Part shown: in pieces, positions 13,286 to 13,514 of the stretch
How the letters are laid out: every line of letters begins with the position of its first letter
Position numbering within the stretch: position 1 is the stretch's first letter
Assembly: GCA_041946805.1 (NCBI GenBank)
Contig: JBHGBC010000165.1
Location: 1-13,514, forward strand
Length of the DNA stretch: 13,514 nt
Origin: a bacterium
GTDB taxonomy: Bacteria; Hinthialibacterota; Hinthialibacteria; Hinthialibacterales; Hinthialibacteraceae
Direction of reading: 5' to 3'
Translations under genes and position numbers: made by a program
The notes under the pieces: generated by a model
Told to the model about the DNA's origin: nothing
What the model saw: the letters and a program-made list of their open reading frames with translations, nothing else
Database searches by the model: none

Positions 13286-13514
13286 GTTTGGTTTCCAACG
13301 ATCGGTCCATGGGTAATGTGACGGTGAAAGCCGTTCCCGCGCCGGGGACGCTCTCCACCGTGATGCGTCCGTCGTGCAATTCGATGAGTTCCTTGGCGAT
13401 GGAGAGGCCCAGTCCGCTCCCCTTGGCGATTTTTTGCGATTCCGTGGTGCGGTAAAACCGTTCCCATATCTTACCACATTCCTCGGCGGTCATGCCGATG
13501 CCGGTGTCTTGAAC
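13254..13514 (-). CDS. Sensor histidine kinase, C-terminal HATPase_c fragment (gene starts beyond the window)
   Basis: Open frame from the window edge: VQDTGIGM (G1), IWERFYR (F box), GSGLGLSIAKELIELHDG (G2), GAGTAFTVTLP. Confidence 0.95.
   Translation of the reverse strand, partial: VQDTGIGMTAEECGKIWERFYRTTESQKIAKGSGLGLSIAKELIELHDGRITVESVPGAGTAFTVTLPMDRSLETKHEPYDNPDRG

Noticed and set aside
11653..13321. Plus-strand ORFs 11653-12978 and 12581-13321
   Set aside because: Antisense shadows of the REC-PP2C and receiver genes.
13286..13477. 64-aa N-terminal extension of the receiver ORF
   Set aside because: It is an alternative frame of the histidine kinase gene; the receiver fold starts at ATG 13285.

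Overview
GC-rich bacterial chromosomal window, mostly housekeeping and regulatory genes separated by unusually repeat-rich intergenic regions. In order: left end of an ISL3-family IS (terminal IR plus the first 15 codons of its transposase, absent from the ORF track); a Tat-exported TIM-barrel sugar-phosphate isomerase/epimerase; a secreted YD-repeat protein; dnaG; an M28/DUF4910-like peptidase homologue that appears to have lost most metal ligands and sits where rpoD usually is; a ROK sugar kinase; rpmB; an ECF sigma plus membrane anti-sigma pair with a strong in-frame internal start; and a convergent histidine kinase / receiver / REC-PP2C / STAS partner-switching module. The most notable non-coding signal is a patchwork of several small repeat families (two GTAG-type REP hairpin families, a CCTCACCCC...GGGAGAGGG family and 9-nt-period purine-rich arrays). 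They are stacked in the intergenic regions and, where direction can be read, all face the same strand. All calls come from reading motifs by eye; no database searches were run.
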